Below are positions 26,564 to 35,506 of a DNA stretch of 64,000 nt, piece after piece. Every line of letters begins with the position of its first letter. The first letter of the stretch is position 1. The notes below the pieces were generated by a model that searched no databases, was not told the DNA's origin, and was given only the letters and a program-made list of their open reading frames with translations. Both the position numbers and the translations under genes were made by a program. Source of the DNA: an uncultured bacterium (lineage in GTDB: Bacteria > Patescibacteriota > Minisyncoccia > Phycocordibacterales > PALSA-1337); assembly GCA_963701025.1 (NCBI GenBank), contig OY969557.1, positions 506,042-570,041 of the forward strand, given 5' to 3'.

Positions 26564-28732
26564 TTATTTCCTCTTCTCCACGATCTCCAGAGCAACGTTA
26601 GCCGGAACGACCTCGTAGTGATCGAATTCCATCTGGGCAGATCCTTGGCCGGACGTCATGGAACGCAATTGGGTGGTATAGCCGAACATCTCCGACAACG
26701 GGACTTTGGCGATGATGGAGATGACTTGGCCCTTTGGATTACTGCCCTCGATAAGGCCTCGCTTGGAGGCGATGGAGCCGTTGACGTCGCCCATGTACTT
26801 CTCGGGACAGACGACTTCGAGCTTCATGATGGGTTCGAGGATGACGGGTTTGGCGCGCTTGGCGGCGTCCTGGAAGGCCTGGCTGGCGGCGATCTTGTAG
26901 GCGATCTCGGACGAGTCGACGTCATGGTACGAGCCGAAAGTCAGCTCGCAGGAGATGTTGACCATCTTGAAACCGGCGACGATGCCGCGATCCATGAGCT
27001 TCGCGCACGCCTTTCTCCACGGCCGGGATGAATTCGTTGGGGATGACGCCGCCTTTGATGGAGTTGATGAATTCGAAATCGTCATAGCGGTGAATATTCT
27101 TGGGTATCTTCTCACCTTCCGGCCATGGCTCCATGGGCTTGAGAGTGAGTCTGACGTGACCATACTGGCCTTTGCCACCGGTCTGCTTGATGTATTTATG
27201 CTCGGCCTCGGCGGTGCCGAGTATGGTCTCGCGATACGCCACTTGCGGTTCGCCGACGTTGGCTTCGACGCCGAATTCGCGCTTCATGCGGTCGACCATG
27301 ATTTCGAGGTGGAGCTCGCCCATGCCGGAGATGATGGTCTCGCCCGTTTCCTGGTTGGATGAGATGCGGAATGTCGGGTCTTCATTGCCAAGCTTGCGCA
27401 GAGCCATGCCCATCTTCTCCTGGTCGGCCTTGGTCTTTGGCTCGATGCGAAGAGAGACGACCGGCTCCATGAATTTGATGACTTCGAGAATGATCGGATT
27501 GTTTTCGTCGCAGAATGTATTTGAAGTGAGGGCATCCTTTAGTCCGACGGCCGCGGCGATCTCGCCGGCGAAGACCTTCTTGACCTCTTCGCGCTTGTCG
27601 GCTTGGAGGCGGACGATGCGGCCGAGGCGCTCTTTCTTGCCGGTGGTGGAGTTGTATATATAGGTGCCGGCTTCGATGGTGCCGGAATAGACGCGGAAGA
27701 AGGTCAGTTGGCCGACGAAGGGGTCGTTCTGAAGCTTGAAGGCCAGGGCGCAGAAAGGTTCGCTGTCGCTGGCATGGCGGACGACTTCTTCGCCTGTGTC
27801 CGGATTGATGCCGTGAACAGGCGGCATGTCGAGTGGGCGACGGCAGATAATCGACGACGGCGTCGAGAACGAGCTGCACGCCGATATTCTTCAGAGCCGA
27901 ACCGGTGAAGACCGGGAAGATCTTGTTGGCGATGAACCGCGGCGCGGGCTACGCGCTTGAATTCGTCTATCGAAATCTCCTTGCCGTCGAGATAATTCTG
28001 CATGGCGACATCATCGTGTTCGACGACTTTCTCGATCATCTCGGCGCGGTATTTCTTCGCATCCGCCATAAGCTCCTCCGGAATCTCTTTCTCCACTATC
28101 TTATTTCCCATCTCGCCCTCGAAATAGTAGGCTTTCATGTTCAAAAGATCGACGACGCCCTTATGCTCGCCTTCGAGGCCGATCGGTATCTGGAATCTGA
28201 CGGCGTTCTTGTTCAGGCGCTCGAGTATGGACTTGTATGATTTCTCAAAAGAGGCGCCTGTGCGGTCGAGCTTGTTGATGAAGCAGAGGCGCGGCACCTT
28301 GCCCTCGTCGGCATAGCGCCAGTTGGTCTCCGACTGCGGCTCGACGCCGGCCACGCCGTCGAATACCACGACCGCGCCGTCAAGGACGCGCAGTGAGCGC
28401 TTCACTTCCACAGTAAAGTCGATGTGTCCCGGAGTGTCGATGATGTTGAACCGGACTTTCTTGGAGACATCGGGCTTGCCGTCGGCGCCTTTGACGCCGT
28501 TCATGTATGTCGGGTTCCAGAAGCAGGTGATGGCGGCGGCCGTGATGGTGATGCCGCGCTCGCGCTCCTGTTCCATCCAGTCCGTGACCGTGTCGCCTTC
28601 GTGCACCTCGCCGATCTTGTGCGTCATGCCCGTATAGAAGAGGATGCGCTCCGAAGTCGTGGTCTTGCCCGCGTCGATGTGGGCGATGATGCCAAAGTTA
28701 CGGACTGATTCGAGCGGATAGTCGCGGTTCAT
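26564..28732 (-). pseudogene. fusA: Elongation factor G (fusA) interrupted by three +1 frameshifts, near 27934, 27835 and 26995
   Basis: The G domain through domain V are recovered only by switching frames three times. RAAV|[11 protein letters not shown] needs an extra base removed at about 27934. LPSP|LDMPPVHG needs one C removed from a CCC run at about 27835. VREA|MDRGIVAGF needs an extra base removed at about 26995. Confidence 0.85.
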
Positions 28733-28834
28733 TGAGGTTTGGGCTTATAAATTGTCTGGGCTAAATAAAAAAGCAGTGGCTGCTTAGTGGATGGTACTAT
28801 ACGTGAAAAGGCGGGAATAATCAAATAATTATCT

Positions 28835-28866
28835 TTGCGGCTCATTTCCACCATTTGAGCCGCGAG
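28835..28866 (+). repeat. 32-nt hairpin repeat TTGCGGCTCATTTCCACCATTTGAGCCGCGAG, copy 1 (downstream flank of the toxin-antitoxin cassette and upstream of fusA)
   Basis: Inverted repeat GCGGCTCA...TGAGCCGC around a TTTCCACCATTT loop. Confidence 0.8.
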
Positions 28867-28879
28867 CAACTGATGATAC

Positions 28880-29161
28880 TCAATTATTCCCCAACCAGAC
28901 TCTGTAGATCCAATCATGCGTACCGCAAGTCATGAATGCCACGGTATCTTTGTCCACGAATTTGAAGGCGATACGATAAGTGGAATCTATCCGGATGGTC
29001 CAAATCTGCTTGCCTTTTGGTTCCAGTTTCTCGGTGTGCAAAGAAGGATAGAACGGGTTGTACCGGAACAGGCGCTCCTGTTTCTCTGCTTTCTTCTGGA
29101 CTTCAACGGGCAGGAGCTTATAGCGCCTTTTGAATTCATCGGTTACAACGACCTTCCACAT
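28880..29161 (-). CDS. Type II toxin, RelE/YafQ-like mRNA interferase
   Basis: 93 aa with a C-terminal TCGTHDWIY segment like the YafQ/RelE GTH motif. It is preceded by a small antitoxin-like gene. Confidence 0.55.
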   Translation of the reverse strand: MWKVVVTDEFKRRYKLLPVEVQKKAEKQERLFRYNPFYPSLHTEKLEPKGKQIWTIRIDSTYRIAFKFVDKDTVAFMTCGTHDWIYRVWLGNN

Positions 29162-29166
29162 GGAAT

Positions 29167-29373
29167 TTAGGCGCGAAGTTCCCTAAGGCTGTTGATGCGC
29201 GTCGCTCGGCCGGTGCGTATGTCTCGTTCGGCTCTATCTATGCTCTGAAGAAAAGACTTGTTGAACATGCCGAATTCGGCCGCCATCCGCTCGAAGCGAT
29301 TAGCATCGAAACTGACGGAGACTGTCCGTGCTTTCTTGCCTTTGGCTACTTTCATGCGCATATTCATGCGCAT
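29167..29373 (-). CDS. Putative antitoxin partner (small, basic; family unclear)
   Basis: 62-68 aa ORF whose stop is 6 nt before the toxin start. The alternative start is the Met at 29355. Confidence 0.4.
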   Translation of the reverse strand: MRMNMRMKVAKGKKARTVSVSFDANRFERMAAEFGMFNKSFLQSIDRAERDIRTGRATRINSLRELRA

Positions 29374-29404
29374 ATTGTATCAAGACGCGTGAAATACGCA
29401 ATCC

Positions 29405-29436
29405 TTGCGGTTCATTTCCACCATGTGAGCCACAAG
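29405..29436 (+). repeat. 32-nt hairpin repeat, copy 2 (upstream flank of the toxin-antitoxin cassette)
   Basis: TTGCGGTTCATTTCCACCATGTGAGCCACAAG matches copy 1 at 27 of 32 positions (31 of 36 with 4 extra flanking nt), about 570 bp away in direct orientation. Confidence 0.8.
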
Positions 29437-29866
29437 AAAAGAAAACTTGCACCAGAACATGCCTAAAAACATTTTCAATATTGACCTTCAAAAATTTTCC
29501 GTTAAACTTATAGGGTATGCTCTATAAATATTATCGTATTACATATCATCAGACTGACAGGATCGCCCAGATTTTCGGGGATTTAGGGGTCGTATGCCTA
29601 GCATCTGTAGCAATCCCCTCGCTTTTCAATGATTTTAATATTTTCGCCATATCGTTCGGAATCATACTTTCTTTATTCTTCTTATGCCTGACATAATCAT
29701 CGTCTATCTATTCTTCGCAGTTATAGGACTGGGCTTCATACTATTGACTCTGCCTACTATGATCGCCCGCCGTATCGTTGAGCAGCAAAAGAGAGAGGGT
29801 CTATACAAAACAAAAAAGTAAGCCTACGCCTGCTTTTTTGATGTTCCAAATTGGAATTTCAAACGA

Positions 29867-30337
29867 CTACCACGCGAAGTGGGCGAAGGCCTTGTTGGCC
29901 TCGGCCATCTTGTGGACGTTCTCGCGCTTCTTGACGGCTTCGCCTTCGTTCTTGGAGGCGGCGATGATCTCGTCGGCGAGCTTCAAGTGCATGGGCTTGC
30001 CTTTCTTGCCGCGGGCGGCTTCGACGATCCATTTCATGGACAGCGCGTTCTTGCGCTCGGGACGGACTTCGCGAGGAACCTGGTAGTTGGCTCCGCCGAC
30101 GCGGCGAGAACGAACCTCCATGGCCGGGGTGGTGTTCTTGAGGGCGAGCTCGAAGACTTCAATCGGATTCTCGACTTTGGCCTGCTCCTTTATAGCGTTC
30201 ATACAGCCATAGACGATGGTGCGGGCGGTCGACTTCTTGCCCTCCTGCATGACATAGTTGATGAGCTTGGCGACCTTGAGCGAATCGAAAGTCGAATCGG
30301 GCTTGAGATCTCTCTTTATGTTTGTTTTTCTGCGCAT
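29867..30337 (-). CDS. rpsG: 30S ribosomal protein S7
   Basis: Canonical uS7. Confidence 0.95.
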   Translation of the reverse strand: MRRKTNIKRDLKPDSTFDSLKVAKLINYVMQEGKKSTARTIVYGCMNAIKEQAKVENPIEVFELALKNTTPAMEVRSRRVGGANYQVPREVRPERKNALSMKWIVEAARGKKGKPMHLKLADEIIAASKNEGEAVKKRENVHKMAEANKAFAHFAW

Positions 30338-30404
30338 GTTATTGGAAAGTCGAGAGTGGAAGGTGGAAAGTAGTGATTTCTACTCTCTACCTTCTACTGT
30401 CTAA

Positions 30405-30824
30405 TTACGCTTTTACTGCTTTCGGCTTCTTGTTTCCATACTGGCTGCGGCCTTTACGGCGCTTCTCCACTCCGGCGCAGTCGAGGACGCCGCGGACGAT
30501 GGAATAGCGCAGACCAACGTCTTTGACGCGGCCACCGCGCAGGAGGACCACGGCGTGCTCCTGCAGGTTGTGGCCCTCGCCCGGTACATAAGCCGTCACT
30601 TCGACGCCGTTGGAAAGGCGCACGCGGGCGATCTTGCGGATGGCGGAGTTAGGCTTTTTCGGTGTCTTGGTCGTCACTTTGACGCAAACGCCGCGCTTGA
30701 AAGGCGCGGGAATATAGCTCGGCCGATTCTCGATCGAGTTAAACGTGCGGGTGAGAGCGATCGACTTCGACTTCCTCTGGAAGCGTACGCGATTTCTTTT
30801 TGTAAGCTGATTGATTGTGGGCAT
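30405..30824 (-). CDS. rpsL: 30S ribosomal protein S12
   Basis: Canonical uS12 (PTINQL...). Confidence 0.97.
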   Translation of the reverse strand: MPTINQLTKRNRVRFQRKSKSIALTRTFNSIENRPSYIPAPFKRGVCVKVTTKTPKKPNSAIRKIARVRLSNGVEVTAYVPGEGHNLQEHAVVLLRGGRVKDVGLRYSIVRGVLDCAGVEKRRKGRSQYGNKKPKAVKA

Positions 30825-30831
30825 AATATAA

Positions 30832-30866
30832 TACGAATCTACAAATAGTATCCGAATGCTACGAAT
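30832..30866 (-). promoter_or_regulatory. 35-nt promoter-like element immediately upstream of rpsL (near-leaderless)
   Basis: Coding strand reads cATTCGGAtactatttgtagattcgTATTATattATG. A TTCGGA box, a 17-nt spacer and a TATTAT box end 3 nt before the ATG. Confidence 0.5.
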
Positions 30867-31039
30867 AATTGTGTGTCCGTGTGAACTTCTTCACCATTTT
30901 CGGCTCGAGCGAGCCTGAATGATTACTCATACGGAACTGGTAATTGGTTTTTGAGCCCCCTTGGGCAGTGGGGAGACTTTAGCATACAAAGAATTGTGAG
31001 GCAAGGATACTTTATATTTTAAGATGAGAATGTTATTGT

Positions 31040-31225
31040 ATGGACATGTGGCCTTATAACAAAAAATGCCCGAAATGTGGAGGTAGGCTACGGACAGAAT
31101 CAGCCGTTCTTGCTATTTATAATCACGTCTTCAAGATCACGGCCAAGAGCTATTATTCCTGCGTAGAGCCTGAATGTGAAATCAAGCACATACCGTTTTT
31201 TCCCTCTGAATTAGAAGACTTATAA
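31040..31225 (+). CDS. Small CxxC...CxxC zinc-ribbon-like protein (hypothetical)
   Basis: 61-aa ORF with CPKCGG and CVEPEC pairs, in an AT-rich region. Confidence 0.3.
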   Translation: MDMWPYNKKCPKCGGRLRTESAVLAIYNHVFKITAKSYYSCVEPECEIKHIPFFPSELEDL

Positions 31226-31256
31226 TAAAATGTGCCATCTCTTAAAAATTAAGTAT

Positions 31257-32012
31257 ATGAAAAAATATTTCCTTGTCTGTTTACTAATAGGTCTCATAAC
31301 TTTTGGCATATCTACTATTAGGACTGTCATAGCAGATGCTTTTGTTTACTCAAGTCCAACAGGACATTATTCATTGACTTTACCTAGTGGATGGATACGG
31401 ACTTCACAATATACACTTGCACAAAAGATCAGTAATGCTGTGCAACAAGGTGGAGTACAAGCGCCAGAAAACTATATCGGATTTCAAGCTTCGAGTAGCA
31501 CTTTTCCTTCTATGACAATTTATGAATTTCCCACAGACAACGCTTCTTATTCTCAAATCAAACAAGAGCTTAGCAGTGGCGTGAACCAAAGAATACCTCC
31601 AGTCAATGAAAAATATCCAGGACTAAATGCCGCCTTTGGCGAGCCGTTTATAGACAAAAACCGTAACATGGTCTTTATCAACTTAACGGCTAATGTACCT
31701 GGTGTTGGTGCCGCGCATGCGCTAGAGGTATATGTTTTGGGTAAGAATATAGATCTAAGTCTAGATTTTTATTCATTAGAAAGTGATTACCCGAACGAAC
31801 TTCCTGTCTTTGATTCAATCATAAATTCTTTTCAATTTGAAAATGGATACGAATACGACCCATCTGCTGTACAGAATGTGGACACCAAAAAATACTCTAT
31901 CTGGATAGGCACAGGCACGATAATTCTTTTTGGTGTATGGCAAGCATTTAGGAAAAAGAAGTCACCAGGCTCTAAGAAAAACGGAGAAGTTAAACCATCC
32001 TCACACCAGTAA
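31257..32012 (+). CDS. Hypothetical exported protein with N-terminal signal and C-terminal TM anchor, in an AT-rich island
   Basis: MKKYFLVCLLIGLITFGIS signal peptide. C-terminal IWIGTGTIILFGVWQAF TM helix plus a KK-rich tail. Low GC. Confidence 0.5.
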   Translation: MKKYFLVCLLIGLITFGISTIRTVIADAFVYSSPTGHYSLTLPSGWIRTSQYTLAQKISNAVQQGGVQAPENYIGFQASSSTFPSMTIYEFPTDNASYSQIKQELSSGVNQRIPPVNEKYPGLNAAFGEPFIDKNRNMVFINLTANVPGVGAAHALEVYVLGKNIDLSLDFYSLESDYPNELPVFDSIINSFQFENGYEYDPSAVQNVDTKKYSIWIGTGTIILFGVWQAFRKKKSPGSKKNGEVKPSSHQ

Positions 32013-32027
32013 ATAATAGGCCTAGAT

Positions 32028-32267
32028 TCACCCCTCCCTATTCCATTCTCTCTTTGAAATCCCCGCCTGCCGTAAGATTTCGGCCAGTAGATACTTTGAG
32101 ATATCGCCAGTATGAGGATTTGGTATCCGGACTTTGAGCGGTCCTTTTGACATGAACAAGTGACGTCCACCGGAATATGGGCCATCGAAACCGAAAACGC
32201 GGAACCTGCGGATAAGCTCACGCGGAGAAACGCTCCTAAGCATGTCGGAATTGTTTCCGCTTATCAA
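32028..32267 (-). CDS. hicA: HicA-family mRNA interferase toxin
   Basis: 79 aa, LIRRFRVFGFDGPYSGGRHLFMSKG...HTGDISKYLLAEILRQAGI is a HicA/YcfA pattern. Confidence 0.7.
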   Translation of the reverse strand: MISGNNSDMLRSVSPRELIRRFRVFGFDGPYSGGRHLFMSKGPLKVRIPNPHTGDISKYLLAEILRQAGISKREWNREG

Positions 32268-32481
32268 AAGAGAATGACAAACCGGTCACGCGTTCGCCGG
32301 AACGGACTTTGACCATGAGCCAATCCTCCAAAACTTCTTGCAATTCGCGACGGCATGCTTCGAGGCTTCGGGCGCTAGCCCAGACGCCGCGTAAGGCTTT
32401 GATCTCGCCAAAATAGCTCCTGTTAGGAAGGATCTTATATGAAGCCGTATCGAGTTTTGAGCTTATAAATGAAGAAAGCAT
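32236..32481 (-). CDS. hicB: HicB-family antitoxin (UPF0150-like)
   Basis: YFGEIKALRGVWASARSLEACRRELQEVLEDWL matches the HicB core. It overlaps hicA by 32 nt. Confidence 0.6.
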   Translation of the reverse strand: MLSSFISSKLDTASYKILPNRSYFGEIKALRGVWASARSLEACRRELQEVLEDWLMVKVRSGERVTGLSFSFDKRKQFRHA

Positions 32482-32526
32482 GATATCGATATTATATACT
32501 GACGGACAGTGAAAGTAAATCTTTTC

Positions 32527-33153
32527 CTACATCCCCATCCCGGTAAACAGCTGGAACACCCACGGTATGACGGGCGCCACGACTTGCCAGAGAAAGAAGA
32601 CGACGATGAGGATAAAGATCGGCGCGTATCGCTCCATGATCATTCTCGCTCGGCCGTATTGGTCCGGCATGACGGCGAATAACAGCTTCGATCCATCGAG
32701 CGGCGGCAGAGGGATGAGATTGAAGACGGCCAATATTATATTGATGATGACGATATACGAGATGATGGTGACGAATGGAGCCATGGCCGCGGCGGAAGCG
32801 GCATCGACGATGCTGCCGGCGGTGAAGCGGAGGATAGTGCCGAAGACGAAAGCGATGAGAAGATTCGAAGCCGGGCCGGCGGCGGCGATGAGGAATTCGC
32901 CTTGGCGCTTGTTCTTGAGATTGTAGGGATTATACGGCACCGGCTTGGCCCAGCCGAAGGTGAAACCGAAGAGCGAGGTGATGAGCGGCACGATGACGGA
33001 GCCGATTGGGTCGATATGCTTCAGCGGATTGAGGGTAAGCCGCCCGGCCAGGCGCGCTGTGGGATCGCCTAGGCGGTCGGCCATAAGGCCATGAGAGAGC
33101 TCATGGAAGATGACGGAGATTATGAGTATAGCTATGGATAGAATGACAAGCAT
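32527..33153 (-). CDS. Site-2 protease family (peptidase M50) membrane metalloprotease
   Basis: HELSH motif in TM1, multiple TM helices, and an LDGSKLL motif. Confidence 0.8.
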   Translation of the reverse strand: MLVILSIAILIISVIFHELSHGLMADRLGDPTARLAGRLTLNPLKHIDPIGSVIVPLITSLFGFTFGWAKPVPYNPYNLKNKRQGEFLIAAAGPASNLLIAFVFGTILRFTAGSIVDAASAAAMAPFVTIISYIVIINIILAVFNLIPLPPLDGSKLLFAVMPDQYGRARMIMERYAPIFILIVVFFLWQVVAPVIPWVFQLFTGMGM

Positions 33154-33222
33154 GAAAAAATTGACCTGATTTCTAATTACCTAATTGACCTGAACATCAA
33201 TCAATGATAGCATGCCTCCACT

Positions 33223-33468
33223 ATGGCAAAAGTATGCGACATCACCAAGGTAGGATCGGTCGTCGGTGGCCGCTATTCCAACCGCACCCGTGCCACGCAG
33301 TTCAACCCCTGCGGCAATGTCCGTCGCTACCCCAATCTCCAGAAGAAGAAAGTCTACGTGCCCGAACTGAAGAAGTCTTTCTCTCTCACCGTCTCCGCCC
33401 GCGGCCTCCGCACCATCCAGAAGAAAGGCCCGTTCCGCGCCTTGAAGGACGCCGGCATCATCAAATAG
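33223..33468 (+). CDS. rpmB: 50S ribosomal protein L28
   Basis: MAKVCDITKVGSVVGGRYSNRTRATQ... bL28 pattern. Confidence 0.9.
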   Translation: MAKVCDITKVGSVVGGRYSNRTRATQFNPCGNVRRYPNLQKKKVYVPELKKSFSLTVSARGLRTIQKKGPFRALKDAGIIK

Positions 33469-33637
33469 GTCCGAGCCTGACCTGTTATATCGTTTTGATA
33501 AACTAGCAGTGGTTGAGGATTTCTGAGCAGTGGAAATACGGATTCCACGGATGAAATATTCTATGGAGGGACGTCCGGCCTCCCGGAAATATCCTTTAGT
33601 TTCCTGTAGGTCTTCCGATCTATAGGGAACGCGGAAA

Positions 33638-33666
33638 CGACCCGATTTTGATCGGGCGTTTTTGTT
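33638..33666 (+). terminator. Rho-independent terminator downstream of rpmB
   Basis: CGACCCGAT-tttg-ATCGGGCG hairpin followed by TTTTTGTT. Confidence 0.5.
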
Positions 33667-33780
33667 ATCTCGACCACGGCTTCCTTCGCCTTTCCGTTCA
33701 TTTTCGCGATGATGAAGCTATTCTTTCTCTTGGAAGAGTTATCCGCGATCTTGGAAGGGCTGCGTATGATATCGGGAATT

Positions 33781-34743
33781 TCAAATACGATGGGGGATAC
33801 GGATATCTACCCCATCCGAAACTATCTTGACTGTTCCCTTCTCCTTTATATTGAATCTCTTGTCGTCAAGGATGGAGTAGAGCGGATCCACTTTTTTATT
33901 CTTTGATGAAGAATCTTTTGAAGTTGCGGATTTTTTCGGCGAAGCGTTCATAGTCTGCGAATAGAGGAGATACTCCGGCTTCATCTTATTTATAAGCTCG
34001 GCCGACAATGATCCGGCCAAAGCGCTGTGCGTCACGACCAGAACATTCGCACCCAGCGTATTATCAGAAATCGAATCAGACGAAGATGCGGCTGAAGATA
34101 CTAAAAATTTCTGCACTTTCGTCGTGGCATTGCCGAGCAACATGACCGAGGTCCCGCCATACGATATTTTCATGATGATCTCCGGCGCGCTGGCTTTCGA
34201 ATAGGCGAAAGCGTTGATGGCTGGAAAAAGTATATCCGCTTTCACTCTCTGCCCGCCTATTTTTTGGCCGAAATCGAGCGTGCCTCCGGCCGAAACTTCT
34301 TCCAAAGGGATTTTGAGGCGTTTGGCCGTATCGAGAAATACTCCATATATCTGGTCCGTCGAGCTTGCCAAACCCAATGATTGTAATGAAACCGCTGGCA
34401 CAACGACTCTATCGACGGAATATCGTTCAAGGATATCGATGAGCCCGGAGACGTCTTTACCATTTGCATCAGTAGCTATGACAGTGTCGATCCGACGCGA
34501 ATAAAATGGCAAGATGCCGGTCAATTCACGGATGACTTCGGCATTCCCTCCTCCATTTATCAAGATCCTCGCGTCATCGGGCGTGCGGATGAAGACCGAT
34601 GAACCGCTTTTCAAATCGAAAACGTATATTTCGAGCAGGGGTTGCCGGTGCTTTTCGTTCCAGACATAACCAGCCATGCCGCAGGCTAGGGCCGTGGCGG
34701 CGGCGCCGATGAGGAAAGGCTTCGAGGCGATCTTAACTGTCAT
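33781..34743 (-). CDS. ComEC C-terminal metallo-beta-lactamase domain protein, encoded separately with its own N-terminal TM helix
   Basis: LEIYVFDLKSGSSVFIRTPDDARILINGGG matches the Lactamase_B region of ComEC/Rec2. The N-terminal TM is FLIGAAATALACGMAGYVW. Confidence 0.7.
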   Translation of the reverse strand: MTVKIASKPFLIGAAATALACGMAGYVWNEKHRQPLLEIYVFDLKSGSSVFIRTPDDARILINGGGNAEVIRELTGILPFYSRRIDTVIATDANGKDVSGLIDILERYSVDRVVVPAVSLQSLGLASSTDQIYGVFLDTAKRLKIPLEEVSAGGTLDFGQKIGGQRVKADILFPAINAFAYSKASAPEIIMKISYGGTSVMLLGNATTKVQKFLVSSAASSSDSISDNTLGANVLVVTHSALAGSLSAELINKMKPEYLLYSQTMNASPKKSATSKDSSSKNKKVDPLYSILDDKRFNIKEKGTVKIVSDGVDIRIPHRI

Positions 34744-34765
34744 GCCTCAAGCTTACCGGCCGGCG

Positions 34766-34810
34766 ATAAAGAAACGCTCAAAAAAGGCTCAAGAAACGAT
34801 GAAGATCTGA
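34766..34810. promoter_or_regulatory. 45-nt element upstream of the comEC-MBL gene (contains the TTGAGCGTTTCTTTATC motif on the coding strand); near-identical copy at 36946-36990
   Basis: 40 of 45 positions are identical between the two copies. Both sit 20-25 nt upstream of a comEC-half start codon. Confidence 0.5.
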
Positions 34811-34908
34811 TAAAGAAATGCCTAAGAAAAGTGCTATAATAGCCGCGCATCAATGGGTTTATTTATTAAAATATGTTTTATAACAGATATAACTAACAAA
34901 AATAATCT

Positions 34909-35505
34909 ATGAAAACATTCGCCCCAAAAAATTTCAATATCCCGGCCCTCAAGGGCATCTCAGCCAAGACTATCGAGGAGCACTTGAAGCTCTATCAAGG
35001 CTACGTCAAGAACGCCAACGGAGTCCACGACATGCTCGTCAAATTCATGGCCGATCCTGCTGGTAACGCCTATGTCATAGGCGAGCTTCATCGGCGCTTC
35101 AGCTTTGAATACAACGGCATGAGGAATCACGAGGTCTACTTCGCCGCGCTCGAAGGCGGAGCCAAACCGTTGGCATCCGGAAGCGCGCTTAAAAAAGCCA
35201 TCGAGGCCGAAGCAGGCTCTTTCGACGGCTTCCTGGGAGCTTTCAAGGATCTGGCCCTTACTCGCGGCATCGGTTGGGCCGTACTCTGGTGGGACCGCAA
35301 AGACGAGCGTCTGCTCGCTTCATGGATAGACGAACAACATCTGGGCGAGCTCAATGATTGCGCCATGATCCTCGCCATCGACATGTGGGAGCATTCTTAT
35401 GTCGCCGACTACCAGCCGTCGGGCAAGAAGCAGTATGTCGAAGATTTTCTGGCGAACGTAAACTGGGAAGTGGTGGAGGGGAATTTTAGGGAGACGCAGG
35501 CGTAG
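34909..35505 (+). CDS. Fe/Mn-type superoxide dismutase family protein
   Basis: DMWEHSYVADY and NVNWEVV C-terminal signature plus the NH..F motif. The N-terminal His cluster is partly substituted (EEHLKLY). A TGcTATAAT extended -10 lies at about 34832. Confidence 0.75.
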   Translation: MKTFAPKNFNIPALKGISAKTIEEHLKLYQGYVKNANGVHDMLVKFMADPAGNAYVIGELHRRFSFEYNGMRNHEVYFAALEGGAKPLASGSALKKAIEAEAGSFDGFLGAFKDLALTRGIGWAVLWWDRKDERLLASWIDEQHLGELNDCAMILAIDMWEHSYVADYQPSGKKQYVEDFLANVNWEVVEGNFRETQA

Positions 35506-35506
35506 T

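Noticed and set aside
28729-28917. 62-aa minus-strand ORF upstream of fusA
   Set aside because: It spans the hairpin repeat and the intergenic region. It is too short and runs through a structured repeat.
28835-29436. Integron attC-like sites flanking the toxin-antitoxin cassette
   Set aside because: The repeats lack the R''/L''-L'/R' core organisation (RYYYAAC...GTTRRRY), and no intI is nearby. They were kept as a generic hairpin repeat instead.
29440-29680. Possible small structured RNA in the AT-rich gap (GGGGATT...AATCCCC stem followed by TCGCTTTTC)
   Set aside because: The stem is 7 bp around a 28-nt loop. There is no conservation evidence and no match to known RNA families that I can recognise. 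It may simply be promoter DNA for the toxin-antitoxin cassette or the small ORF.
29778-30086. 102-aa plus-strand ORF
   Set aside because: It overlaps rpsG on the opposite strand. There is no support.
33470-33640. Possible ncRNA between rpmB and its terminator (GGAGG-N9-CCTCC hairpin)
   Set aside because: Only a single short hairpin. It is more likely part of the rpmB 3' UTR.
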